Both the position numbers and the translations under genes were made by a program. From Tepidisphaeraceae bacterium (GTDB taxonomy: Bacteria; Planctomycetota; Phycisphaerae; Tepidisphaerales; Tepidisphaeraceae), in the NCBI GenBank assembly GCA_035936155.1, contig DASYWJ010000034.1, positions 66,586 through 130,585 of the forward strand: 64,000 nt of DNA. Direction: 5' to 3'. Shown here piece after piece: positions 46,170 through 55,429 of the stretch. The notes under the pieces are model-generated. The model ran no database searches. It was not told the DNA's origin and was given only the letters and a program-made list of their open reading frames with translations. Each line of letters starts with the position of its first letter. The first letter of the stretch is position 1.

Positions 46170-46583
46170 CTACCGCCCGCTGCCGGCCTTCTCGCGGACC
46201 GGCTGGGTGAGGAAGAAGCGGCCGATGCAGGCTTCGAACTCCTCGCCCTCGTCGGTACGCATTGTGTAGCTGCCTTCCATCGTCCCCCAGGGCGTCTTCA
46301 GCGGACAGAAACTTTGGTATTTGAACGCCTCGCCCGGCTCCAGGCGCGGAGTCTGGCCGACGACCCCGTCGCCATCGACTTCTTCACGTCGGCCGAGGCC
46401 GTCGATGATCAGCCAGCGGCGGCGGAGCAGCTGCACAGGGACGTCGCCGTAGTTGGCGATCACGATGTTGTAGCCGAAGAAGAACTTTCGGTCCTCCGGA
46501 TCGGACTGGTCCGGAAGGAAAAACGCAGTGGCCCCGACGCGAACGCCGCGGGTCGTGGTGTCGGACATCTCGGGGGTGGCCAT
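46170..46583 (-). CDS. apaG: ApaG (DUF525) protein
   Basis: PVQLLRRRWLIIDGLGRREEVDGDGVVGQTPRLEPGEAFKYQSFCPLKTPWGTMEGSYTM aligns closely with E. coli ApaG ([60 protein letters not shown]). Confidence 0.85.
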   Translation of the reverse strand: MATPEMSDTTTRGVRVGATAFFLPDQSDPEDRKFFFGYNIVIANYGDVPVQLLRRRWLIIDGLGRREEVDGDGVVGQTPRLEPGEAFKYQSFCPLKTPWGTMEGSYTMRTDEGEEFEACIGRFFLTQPVREKAGSGR

Positions 46584-46724
46584 GATGCCTATATCATACG
46601 TCGTGCACGCGAGTGAAGCGACGATTGGCAGTAGCGTCCGCACGGAAAAGCCGCGGGCAGCGCGGTTGAGGACGGTGCTGGTACGTGTGCATCTCGCGCG
46701 GGTGCGACTGCGGCGGGCGGAGCT

Positions 46725-47963
46725 TTAACTCGCTACGACCCGGCTCATGGTAAAGATGGGCAGGAGCAGCGCCAGCGCCACGCCGCCGATGATCAGACCC
46801 ATGATGATAATCATCGCCGGTTCGATGTATCGGGTCAGCTCGGCGATCTGCTCCTTCAGTTCCTGCTCGGCATAGCCGGAGACCTGCTCCATGACCATCC
46901 CCAGCTTGCCACCCTTCTCGCCGCTGTGGAGCATCTGCGAGATGCCGCGGGGAACGAGCGGGCTTGCAAACAGCGGCTCGGACAACTGTTTGCCCGCCTG
47001 GATCTGCTCGGACACCTTCCCCCAGAGCTCACGATAGTACGTGTTGCCGCACAAGTCCTGCGCGGTCTGGACAGCGTCCACGAGATTGACACCCGCCCCC
47101 GCCATCGTGCCGACCATGCGCAGCGTCCTGGCCAGGTGCAGCTTGCGGTACATCTTGCCGAGCAACGGGACGTTGATCTGGATCCAGTGGCCGACGCGCG
47201 CACCGCCCTCGGTCGTAAAATACAGGTACGCCAGCACCCCCGCCGTTGAGAGCCCCGCGATCAGGGCCATCCAATGGCCGACGAGAAAGCCGCTCATGCC
47301 CATCAGAACCTTTGTGGGCATGGGGAGAGCGGCGCCCTTGCCCTCATAGATGCTCGTGAACTTCGGGAGGACGAATGCGAGAAGGAATATGGTCGTGGTG
47401 GTCGCAAACGCGAGCATGATGCCGGGGTATGTCAGCGCGCCCTTCACCTTGCGGAGGATCTCGGCTTCATCCTTGAGGTAGGTGTTCGCGCGGATGAGCA
47501 GCTTCGACATCATTCCGCTCTTCTCGCTCGCCTTGATCAGCGCAACGTAAAGCCGCGGGAAGCTCCGCGGGTGCCGAGCCAGCGAGGCGCTGAAGTCGGC
47601 GCCGCCCTGCACCTGACGGGCGACGTCTTCGACCAGCCTCTTGACGTTCGGACGCTGTGTCTGGCTGGCGATGCAGTCCAGCGCTTCGCTGAGCGTGACG
47701 CCCGTCTCGACCATGATGGCCAGTTGTGTGGAGAACTGGATGACGTCATCGCGCGAGATCTTGATGTTGGGCGCCGCCACCCCGGTGTTCCCGCCCCCCG
47801 TCCCGCCGGACGCGGCGTCGGGGTCGTTCGTCAGATTCACCGCCGTCGGGTACCTGCCCTCCGCGCGCAGCGCCTGGGATGCCTCGGCCACGGAGGCGGC
47901 GGCGATTGTCCCATTCACAAGGGCGCCGGAACTGTCGCGGGCTGAGTAGGCGTATGTGGGCAT
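46725..47963 (-). CDS. pilC: Type IV pilus assembly platform protein PilC / GspF family
   Basis: Two GspF repeats with three TM helices. The start is the ATG at 47963 (MPTYAYSARD). Confidence 0.85.
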   Translation of the reverse strand: MPTYAYSARDSSGALVNGTIAAASVAEASQALRAEGRYPTAVNLTNDPDAASGGTGGGNTGVAAPNIKISRDDVIQFSTQLAIMVETGVTLSEALDCIASQTQRPNVKRLVEDVARQVQGGADFSASLARHPRSFPRLYVALIKASEKSGMMSKLLIRANTYLKDEAEILRKVKGALTYPGIMLAFATTTTIFLLAFVLPKFTSIYEGKGAALPMPTKVLMGMSGFLVGHWMALIAGLSTAGVLAYLYFTTEGGARVGHWIQINVPLLGKMYRKLHLARTLRMVGTMAGAGVNLVDAVQTAQDLCGNTYYRELWGKVSEQIQAGKQLSEPLFASPLVPRGISQMLHSGEKGGKLGMVMEQVSGYAEQELKEQIAELTRYIEPAMIIIMGLIIGGVALALLLPIFTMSRVVAS

Positions 47964-48029
47964 TATCGTAGGTCCGAGCATGGGCCTCTCGCCCATGTTG
48001 TTCTTCAGTGCACGGGCGAGACGCCAATG

Positions 48030-49739
48030 CTACGTAGTCGCTCGATAAACCTCTTCCAGTGTCGTAATCCCCGCCTTTACCTTTTCCATCCCGTCGACCC
48101 GCAGGGTCTTCATGCCCGAGTCCCTGGCCATCTGTCGAATCTCGATGAGGTTAGCGCCCTGGCTAATGCGGTCGACCATCGGGTCATCAGGGACGAACAG
48201 CTCGTAGATGCCGATCCGGCCGACATAGCCGAGATTGCGGCAGCGCGAGCAACCCTTGGGGCGGTAGAGGGTTTCGACTTCGCCAGCCAAACGCTCCATC
48301 TGTCGCTTCTCGTTGGGAGATGGCTCGTAGGGTTCGCGGCAATTCTGGCAGAGCTTGCGGACGAGCCGCTGCGCCAGCACGCCGGCTACCGTCGCGCCGA
48401 CGAGATACGGCTCGATGCCGAGGTTGAACAGCCGGGTGATCGCGCCGGGGGCGTCGTTCGTGTGCAGCGTGCTGAGGACGAGGTGCCCTGTCAGCGCTGC
48501 CTGCGTGGCAAGCTTGGCGGTTTCGGCGTCGCGGATCTCGCCGACCATCATGATGTCGGGATCCTGACGCAAAAGCGCCCGCAGCGCGTTGGGAAAACCG
48601 AACCCCGCCCTCTCGTTCACCTGGAACTGGTTCACGCCGTTGAGCGCGTACTCCACGGGGTCCTCGACCGTGCAGATGTTCGTGTCATCGGCGTTGAGCT
48701 CCTGAAGGACGGCATAAAGGGTGGTGCTCTTGCCGCTCCCGGTCGGGCCCGTGACGAGCACGATCCCGTTGGGCAGGCTGATCAGCTTGCGCCACTGCTT
48801 GAGCGTATCGTAGCCGAAGCCGAGCTTCTCGAGGTTGACCGACGCCTTGTCGTTGTCGATCACGCGGACGACGACCTTTTCGCCGTGCTTGCCCGGCATC
48901 GTGCCGACGCGCAGGTCGATCGGGCGCTTGTCCATCATCACGTGAATGCCGCCGTCCTGCGGGAGGCGCCGCTCGGAGATGTCGAGGCCCGCCATGATTT
49001 TGATGCGGCTCGTGACCGCCGCGGCCATCTGGTGCGGCGGGCGGAGCTTTTCCGTCAGCCTTCCGTCGATGCGATACCGCACGCGCAGGTATCCGTCGCC
49101 GGGCTCGACGTGGATGTCGCTGGCGCCTTCCTTGACGGCATTGAAGATCACGTAGTTGACGAGCTTGATGACGGGCGAGTCTCCCGCAGCCATCTCCAGA
49201 TTCGCGATGTCCTGCACCTTGGCAGTCGTCTCGATCAGCGCGAAGTCTTCGGGCTGGACCTCCTCGATGATGTCGTCGATGACGAACACCTTATCGCTCG
49301 GAAGGTACGCCTGAAGCGTCGCCTTGATGTCGCGCGTTGTCGCGGCCACCACCTGCACCTGGTACCCGCTGAGGCGCTCGATCTCCTCGAGCAGGAACAC
49401 ATTCGCCGGCTCGGGCACGGCAACGGTGAGCACGCCCTCGATGAGGAACAGCGGGAGGACCTGGTGCTTCTCGAGGAATTCCTTCGGAAGGACCGAGATG
49501 ACTTTGGGGTCCGCGATCTTCGGGCTCACCCGCGCGTAGGGCACGCCGTACGCCTGCGCCAGCGCCTCGGTGATCTGGTCTTCCGAGCAGATACGGAGCT
49601 CCACGAGGACTTCCCCGAGCAGCTTCTGGTGATTGCTGCGCTTCTGCTCCTCCAGCGCGCGATCAAGCTGCTCGGGCTTGACCAGCCCCTTCGCAAGCAG
49701 GAGCTGGCCGAGAGGTTTTCGTTGCAGTGTGGCGATCAT
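48030..49739 (-). CDS. pilB: Type IV pilus extension ATPase PilB / GspE family
   Basis: N-terminal GSPII_E N domain, Walker A GPTGSGKSTT, Asp box, Walker B and a tetracysteine C-terminus (CQNCREPY...CSRC). The start is the ATG at 49739 (MIATLQRKPLGQLLLAKGLV). The tracked ORF has an 81-aa junk extension. Confidence 0.9.
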   Translation of the reverse strand: MIATLQRKPLGQLLLAKGLVKPEQLDRALEEQKRSNHQKLLGEVLVELRICSEDQITEALAQAYGVPYARVSPKIADPKVISVLPKEFLEKHQVLPLFLIEGVLTVAVPEPANVFLLEEIERLSGYQVQVVAATTRDIKATLQAYLPSDKVFVIDDIIEEVQPEDFALIETTAKVQDIANLEMAAGDSPVIKLVNYVIFNAVKEGASDIHVEPGDGYLRVRYRIDGRLTEKLRPPHQMAAAVTSRIKIMAGLDISERRLPQDGGIHVMMDKRPIDLRVGTMPGKHGEKVVVRVIDNDKASVNLEKLGFGYDTLKQWRKLISLPNGIVLVTGPTGSGKSTTLYAVLQELNADDTNICTVEDPVEYALNGVNQFQVNERAGFGFPNALRALLRQDPDIMMVGEIRDAETAKLATQAALTGHLVLSTLHTNDAPGAITRLFNLGIEPYLVGATVAGVLAQRLVRKLCQNCREPYEPSPNEKRQMERLAGEVETLYRPKGCSRCRNLGYVGRIGIYELFVPDDPMVDRISQGANLIEIRQMARDSGMKTLRVDGMEKVKAGITTLEEVYRATT

Positions 49740-49744
49740 GAGCA

Positions 49745-49817
49745 GTTGCTGGTTGTAGTTGTCAATTGCTAGTGAAATGCGGGTTGCTGCTCTGCACTGG
49801 CAACGGCAACCAGCAAC
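49745..49817. promoter_or_regulatory. Nested inverted/direct GGTTGC/GCAACC repeats upstream of pilB; putative operator
   Basis: GTTGCTGGTTG (49745-55) is the reverse complement of CAACCAGCAAC (49807-17). Additional GGGTTGCTG and GGCAACGGCAACC copies lie between them. Confidence 0.4.
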
Positions 49818-49831
49818 TAACAACTCTTTCC

Positions 49832-50170
49832 TCACCTCATTGTTTTCAGCGCCGCCGCCAGGTCGGGTTGACACTCGAACCGGTGTTCCAGCCGCGTGAT
49901 CTCGAGGATCTTGCGGACGTTCTCGTCGAGATTCACCAGCTTCACCTGACCGAACAGCTCTTCGGCCTTGCGCTTGATCCACAGCAGGGTCTCGAGCCCC
50001 TCGCTGTCAACAAATCCGGCTTTTTCGAAGTCGATGACGAAGTTGACGATCTGCTTTGCGTCGATGTGCTGCTCGACGGCCTGGCGCGCCTGGGCGCTGT
50101 TCTCGGCAACAAGGTCGCCGGCCGGAGCGATCACGCAGACCTGGTTGTACTCTTCGTACTTGATCGCCAT
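49832..50170 (-). CDS. STAS-domain anti-sigma-factor antagonist (SpoIIAA-like)
   Basis: MAIKYEEYNQVCVIAPAGDLVAEN... The conserved phosphorylatable segment FVDSEGLETL is present. Confidence 0.8.
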   Translation of the reverse strand: MAIKYEEYNQVCVIAPAGDLVAENSAQARQAVEQHIDAKQIVNFVIDFEKAGFVDSEGLETLLWIKRKAEELFGQVKLVNLDENVRKILEITRLEHRFECQPDLAAALKTMR

Positions 50171-50179
50171 GGTCAACAC

Positions 50180-50266
50180 TGTGACGGGGTGAGCGGGTGA
50201 CGGGGTGACGGAGTAAAGGCACCTTGATTCCTACTCCGTCACCCCGTCACTCCCTACTCCGTCACC
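50180..50266. terminator. Inverted array of GTGACGGGG / CCCCGTCAC heptamer-like repeats forming a long hairpin between the HD-GYP and STAS genes
   Basis: gtgacggggtgagcgggtgacggggtgacggagta...tactccgtcaccccgtcactccctactccgtcacc. Confidence 0.45.
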
Positions 50267-50270
50267 TCCT

Positions 50271-52010
50271 CTACGCCACCCGCAGCGTCGGGGTCATTTC
50301 GGCCAGCCGCTTGGTCTGTTCCTGGTGATTGCGGATCAGCTCGCGAAGCTTGTCGCAGCTGATCTGCAGGAAGGCCTCGCTCATCCGCGGGTCAAAATGA
50401 GTACCCGAGCAGCGGCGCATCTCCGCCAGCGCCACCTCCAGCGGCAGCGCCTTGCGATACGTGCGGCTGGAAGTCATCGCATCGAAGCTGTCGGCAAGGC
50501 AGATGATGCGGCCCATGAGTGGGATGTCCTCACCGGCGAGCCCGCCTGGATAGCCCTTGCCGTCATACCGTTCGTGGTGGTGCAGCACGCCGGGGATGAT
50601 GTCCCGGATCTGCTTGATGTCCTGGAGGATGCGTGCCCCGATCTCCGGGTGCTTCTTGATCTGCTCGAACTCCTCGGGCGTAAGCCGGCCCGTCTTCTGC
50701 AGCACCACTTCGGGAACCCCGATCTTGCCGACGTCGTGCAGCAGCCCTGCCATGTACACGCGCTCGACTTCGTACTCGCTGAGCCTGGCCTGTTGGGCCA
50801 GGTGCCGGCTGAGCAGCGCGACGCGCTCGGAATGACCGCAGGTGTACGCGTCCTTTGCGTCAACGGCGCTCGTAAGGCTGTGCAACAGCCCCATCATCAG
50901 CCCGTGCACGTCCTCGAACAGATTGGCATTTTCCAGGTAGATCGCCGACTCGTTGGCGATGGAACTGAGCAGCTTACTGTCGACGGAGTCGAACTCCCCG
51001 CCCGTTGTCTTGTCGATGCCGAACAGCACGCCGAGCACCTGGTCCTGCCGCATGAGCGGGACCGCGATCAACTGCTTGGCGTACTCGGCGAGCCAGAGGA
51101 AATATTTATCGCGATGCAGGTCGTTGATGAGCAGCGGGCTCTTTTTCTCGCTGAGTAGGCGCGTCAGCTCGCTGGCCAACCGGTGCACCTTGCCCGGCGG
51201 GAGACTGAGGCTCCCATAGAGCACGGGCTCGGTCTGATGAACGCCGCCGGCGAGCGAGACGCCCATACCGCGGACGTTCATCACGCCCATGACATCAACA
51301 CATGTGCCTTTGAAGAAGTCGCCGGCGCGGCGATTGATCTTCATACCGCCACTGATCTGGTAGATGAGGCTCAGCTCTTCGTAGGTATTGGCCAATTGCC
51401 CGGAGAGGGAATCCAGCTCCTGCTCGAGGCTCGCCAGGCGCATCTGGTCGCGGATCATCCCGTGCAGCAGCCGCGCTTGGCGGAGAATCGTCTCGTCGTT
51501 GTAGGTTGAAAGCGTCTCGGCCTGCTGGTTCAGCCAGATCCCATCAATGCCCAGCCGCGAGCACACGCGCACAACGTCCTCGCCCAGGCGGAATGCGGTG
51601 CTCTTGCCCGCGAGCAGCAGCACGCCGGCGATGGCGCGCTTTTCGACGTACGGAAACGCCGTGAGCGTGACGCCCGGCAGCACGTTCCACAGCTCGACCG
51701 TCGAGCCGGCGCCAAGTGCGGCGACTTTGTGGCGGAGCCCCTGGTCGACGGCGTCGGCGTATTGGATCATGGGGAGGACGAACCGCTGGAAGAAGAGCCC
51801 TCCGCTGGCATCGTGGTACGCAACGGAGCCGTCGGGGCGCAGCATCAGGAGGAACAGCCCGCCCGGCCGGAACCGAGCCGCGAGGCTGTCCAGCACCGCG
51901 TTCGGCAGCGCTGGGGCGACGCGGACCGTGGCGCCGGGCATGCCATCTTTCGCGATGGCGCCGGGGCCCGCAGCGGCGGCGGCGACTGGCTTCTCCGTCA
52001 ACTTCAACAT
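50271..52010 (-). CDS. HD-GYP domain phosphodiesterase (c-di-GMP) with N-terminal GAF-like sensor region
   Basis: LLHDVGKIGVPE and HHHERYDGKGYPGGL are HD-GYP signatures. The start is the ATG at 52010 (MLKLTEKP). Confidence 0.8.
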   Translation of the reverse strand: MLKLTEKPVAAAAAGPGAIAKDGMPGATVRVAPALPNAVLDSLAARFRPGGLFLLMLRPDGSVAYHDASGGLFFQRFVLPMIQYADAVDQGLRHKVAALGAGSTVELWNVLPGVTLTAFPYVEKRAIAGVLLLAGKSTAFRLGEDVVRVCSRLGIDGIWLNQQAETLSTYNDETILRQARLLHGMIRDQMRLASLEQELDSLSGQLANTYEELSLIYQISGGMKINRRAGDFFKGTCVDVMGVMNVRGMGVSLAGGVHQTEPVLYGSLSLPPGKVHRLASELTRLLSEKKSPLLINDLHRDKYFLWLAEYAKQLIAVPLMRQDQVLGVLFGIDKTTGGEFDSVDSKLLSSIANESAIYLENANLFEDVHGLMMGLLHSLTSAVDAKDAYTCGHSERVALLSRHLAQQARLSEYEVERVYMAGLLHDVGKIGVPEVVLQKTGRLTPEEFEQIKKHPEIGARILQDIKQIRDIIPGVLHHHERYDGKGYPGGLAGEDIPLMGRIICLADSFDAMTSSRTYRKALPLEVALAEMRRCSGTHFDPRMSEAFLQISCDKLRELIRNHQEQTKRLAEMTPTLRVA

Positions 52011-52049
52011 CTGACTTTCCTCGCGATGCCCCAGCACGACCAAGCCCGC

Positions 52050-52430
52050 TCAGGCAGCGGCGCCCGATAAAACTTCCTCGACCGTGGCCAGCAGGTGCCG
52101 CGGACTGAATGGCTTGCTCAGCATCCGCAGAATGCCGCTTTGTTCCGTATCCGCAGGCTCCAACTCATACCCACGCGCCGTCAGCATGATTGCCGGAATG
52201 TTTGCCGTCACCGAATCCTGCTTCAGCCGACGGCACAGCTCGATGCCCGACATCTGCGGCATGTGATAGTCGGTAATGAGCAGGTCCGGCTTCTCCTGCT
52301 GTGCGATCTCCAGCGCTTCCTGCCCGTCGCGCGCTGTCAGGACGCGGTAGCCGGCGTTCTTCAGCTTCAACGACACGACGTGCAGGATGTGACTTTCGTC
52401 GTCGGCGACCAGGATGGTTCGTTCGTTCAT
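52050..52430 (-). CDS. Single-domain CheY-like response regulator
   Basis: ILVADDESHILHVVSLKLKNAGYRVLTARDGQEALEI...DLLITDYHMPQMSGIEL...MLTARG...LSKPF. Confidence 0.9.
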   Translation of the reverse strand: MNERTILVADDESHILHVVSLKLKNAGYRVLTARDGQEALEIAQQEKPDLLITDYHMPQMSGIELCRRLKQDSVTANIPAIMLTARGYELEPADTEQSGILRMLSKPFSPRHLLATVEEVLSGAAA

Positions 52431-52524
52431 TTTGCTCTCCACGCCCCACTCGCTTGTTCTTTGTGGGTCAAGGTTGGCGGTTCCATCAGATCACAACCTC
52501 AAACCTCAGCCCCTCCGACAACAC

Positions 52525-53970
52525 TCACTCGCACAAGTCCATTTCAAAGCCGAACGAACTGCCCTTCCCGGCCTGGCTTTCCACGAAAATCCTTCCCTTG
52601 TGGACGGTCTCGACAATGTGCTTCACCAGCGACAACCCCAGCCCGGTGCCCTTGGCCATCCGGTTGTTCGCCTCTGCCCTGTAGAACTTATCGAACACAA
52701 ATGGCAGGTCCTTGGGTGGAATCCCGACGCCTGTATCAGAAATGCGGGTGGTGATCTTTTTCTTTGCCTCGTCAACGTGTGTTAGGACGGCAATCTCACC
52801 GCCCTCGGGCGTGTACTTCACCGCGTTGCTCAGCAGGTTCAGCACCGCCTGGTACAGCATGTCGCGGTCGGCAAGGGTCTGATAAAAAATGGGCGGGAGC
52901 TGGTCCTTTACCGTGATCTGCTTTGCCTTGGCCTGCGGCGCGATCACTTCGAGCGCCTCTTTCAGAATTACGGCCAGGCTCTGCGGCTGCTTGTTGATCT
53001 TCACCAGCCCCGACTCGATGCGGCTGATGTTCAGGATGTTATCGATCAGGCGCGACAGCCGGTTGGCCTCGTTCTGGATGACGTCGTAAAACTCGCGCAT
53101 GGTCTTCTCGTCGTCGGCCTCGCCGTCGATGAGCATCTCGACGTAAGCCTTGATGCTGGCCAGCGGGGTGCGGAGCTCGTGCGAGACGTTGGAGACGAAG
53201 TCATTCTTCATCTCCGCCACCTCCTTCTCCTTGGTCATGTCGTGAAGCACGGCGACGACGCCCGCCGGCATCTCCCGCTGGTCGGTGACGCACGAAAGCG
53301 TGATCTTGAACGTGCGGTCGCCGAGCCCTGTCCTGACCATGTGCTCGACAATGCGGCGCCCGCCCCGCGTGTCGCTTTGCCGCATTTCGCGGATCATCTC
53401 GATCACCTTTTCATCCGAGAGGACGCGCTCGAGCGGCATGCGGCCGACGCTTTCCAGTTCGAAGCCGAACGTGCGGGCGGCAGACTCGTTGGCCAGCACG
53501 AGGTCATCGAACGGATCGGTCACAAGCACGGCATCGGAAATGCTGTAGATGATGGCCTCGGCGTGCTGCCGTTGGGCGGTGGCGACCTTGAGCTGGATCT
53601 CCGTTTCCTTGACCTTCAGCGCCGCGTCCGAGATCGACTGCTCGGTGCACTCCAGCAGCTCGTTGAGCGTGCGCGCCAGGGCCAGCATCTCCGCGTGCGA
53701 TTCCTCGACGCGGGTAAGCTTGCGCGTCTCGTTCATGCGCTGGAGCTCGCGGACAAGCCGCCGCCGCGCGGTCCGCAGCGACGCGACCATCAGCAAGCCG
53801 CTGGCCGCGCCCAGGATGTAAAAAGTGGGCTCCAGAACCTGGTGCAGCTGGGGATCGCGCTCGTACCGCAGCGCGTTCGCCAGGTCATATCCCGAGCACA
53901 CCGCGCCAACGGCGCAGAACAGCACCGTCAGGAGGAAGAGGATCTGTCCCCGGTGCACCCGCATTTCCAT
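52525..53970 (-). CDS. Membrane sensor histidine kinase (2 TM, PAS, HisKA, HATPase_c)
   Basis: H-box NDFVSNVSHELRTPLASI, N-box, and G-boxes GTGLGLSLVKHIVE. A PAS-like segment sits upstream. The start is ATG 53970 or 53964. Confidence 0.85.
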   Translation of the reverse strand: MEMRVHRGQILFLLTVLFCAVGAVCSGYDLANALRYERDPQLHQVLEPTFYILGAASGLLMVASLRTARRRLVRELQRMNETRKLTRVEESHAEMLALARTLNELLECTEQSISDAALKVKETEIQLKVATAQRQHAEAIIYSISDAVLVTDPFDDLVLANESAARTFGFELESVGRMPLERVLSDEKVIEMIREMRQSDTRGGRRIVEHMVRTGLGDRTFKITLSCVTDQREMPAGVVAVLHDMTKEKEVAEMKNDFVSNVSHELRTPLASIKAYVEMLIDGEADDEKTMREFYDVIQNEANRLSRLIDNILNISRIESGLVKINKQPQSLAVILKEALEVIAPQAKAKQITVKDQLPPIFYQTLADRDMLYQAVLNLLSNAVKYTPEGGEIAVLTHVDEAKKKITTRISDTGVGIPPKDLPFVFDKFYRAEANNRMAKGTGLGLSLVKHIVETVHKGRIFVESQAGKGSSFGFEMDLCE

Positions 53971-53989
53971 TCGACTTCCGCCAGGGCAC

Positions 53990-54025
53990 ATCTTGTGACG
54001 CGTGAGAGGTGACGCGTCACAAGAT
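53990..54025. promoter_or_regulatory. Perfect 14-bp inverted repeat ATCTTGTGACGCGT-N8-ACGCGTCACAAGAT just upstream of the kinase start and downstream of the TPR gene stop
   Basis: Read from the sequence. It could be the terminator of the pilF-like operon, an operator for the kinase operon, or both. Confidence 0.5.
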
Positions 54026-54077
54026 GAAGCACCGAACCTGTTGTCACGTCTCAGGCGTCACGCGCCATCGAGCTCGC

Positions 54078-55253
54078 CTACTCATTCAGGTTCACCGAGG
54101 CCATGAACCTGGCCGCCATTTCGTCATTCGGCTTCAGCCGCAGGGCCTTGCTGTAGTACTGGATCGCCTGGTCCGGCTTGCCGAGGCGTTCCAGGACGTA
54201 TCCGACCATGCACAGGCTGACCGTATCGCCCTCGTCCAGCGCGCTGGCCTTTCGGAACGCCGGCAGCGCGTCGGCGAGCCGGTTCTGGCGAAGCCGCATG
54301 TAGCCGAGCATCAGGTGCGCTTCGCTGTTGTCGGGCGCAATGGCCAGTGCCTTGTGGAGCGAGACTTCGGCACGCTTAGTATCATTGAGCTGGATGGCCG
54401 CTTTGGCATGGCTGAGCCACACGCCGGCCGACGCCGGATCGCGCTGCGTTGCCGTCTCCAGCGTCGCCCGCGCCTCGCGGTATTGTCCCAGCTGCAGCTG
54501 GCACTCGCCCAGTGCCGCCAGCAGGTCGGCGCGGTCGGCGTAATCGCCCTTCTTCATCAACCGGTTGAGCGCATCAGCGGACTCGCGGTATTGGCCGGCG
54601 TAGAACATCGCCAGCGCGAGGTGCTCGCGGATCACCAGGTCGTCCGTGGCGAGGATGCTTGCCTGGCGGAGCATGTCGACGCCTTCCTTGTAGCGGCGCT
54701 GCTGGACGAGCAGCTGCCCGAGGGCATCGCGGATCGTGGCGCTATGCTCGAAATAGGTGACTTTGGATTGGAGCAGCGACAGCGCCTGCTCCGGCTGATC
54801 CATCAGGACGAGCATCTCCGCCCGCGCCATGATGTATGCCAGCTCCGCCGGCGCCTTTTCGCTCGCAGACTTGTAAAAATCGGAGGCCGTCTCCGGTTTC
54901 TGCCACCGCTGGTAGATCACGCCAGCGAGGTAGTCGGCTTCGGCGTTCTTCGGCGCCACGGCGCGGGCCATCCTCAGCTCCGCCTCGGCCTGTTCCAGGC
55001 GCCCCTGCTCGATCGCAAGTTTAGCCGAGAGAATGCGCAGCCCCGGGTTTTGTGGGTCCATCCCCAGCGCTTCCTCGGTGGTTTGGCGGCTCTTGTCGAA
55101 GTTGCCGGTGGCGTATTGATCGCGGGCGAGGCTGAAGAGAACATTCGCGCGGGCCTGGTTCCATTCCTTCTTCGCCTGTTCCTTCTGCTTGTTCTTCATC
55201 GGGCTGCACCCGACGACGAGCAGGACAGCAGCGAGGAAAGCAGCGCATTGCAT
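54078..55253 (-). CDS. TPR-repeat lipoprotein (PilF/PilW-like pilus biogenesis factor)
   Basis: MQCAAFLAAVLLVVGCS is a lipoprotein signal. About 9 TPR units follow. It sits next to the secretin gene. Confidence 0.65.
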   Translation of the reverse strand: MQCAAFLAAVLLVVGCSPMKNKQKEQAKKEWNQARANVLFSLARDQYATGNFDKSRQTTEEALGMDPQNPGLRILSAKLAIEQGRLEQAEAELRMARAVAPKNAEADYLAGVIYQRWQKPETASDFYKSASEKAPAELAYIMARAEMLVLMDQPEQALSLLQSKVTYFEHSATIRDALGQLLVQQRRYKEGVDMLRQASILATDDLVIREHLALAMFYAGQYRESADALNRLMKKGDYADRADLLAALGECQLQLGQYREARATLETATQRDPASAGVWLSHAKAAIQLNDTKRAEVSLHKALAIAPDNSEAHLMLGYMRLRQNRLADALPAFRKASALDEGDTVSLCMVGYVLERLGKPDQAIQYYSKALRLKPNDEMAARFMASVNLNE

Positions 55254-55429
55254 AGCACGTCCCATTGATCATCTCCGGTGAAAGCGGTGGTCCACCCACT
55301 TCTTCGGCGAGAAGCTGGGGGGAGTTGATCAGTTGTGCCGGATCGCCGCGGAGCGTGTTATCGGAAATGGAAACGGCCGCGCGTGACACAGATCACGCGC
55401 GGCCGTTCATTGATATTGAAGCTTGCGTC

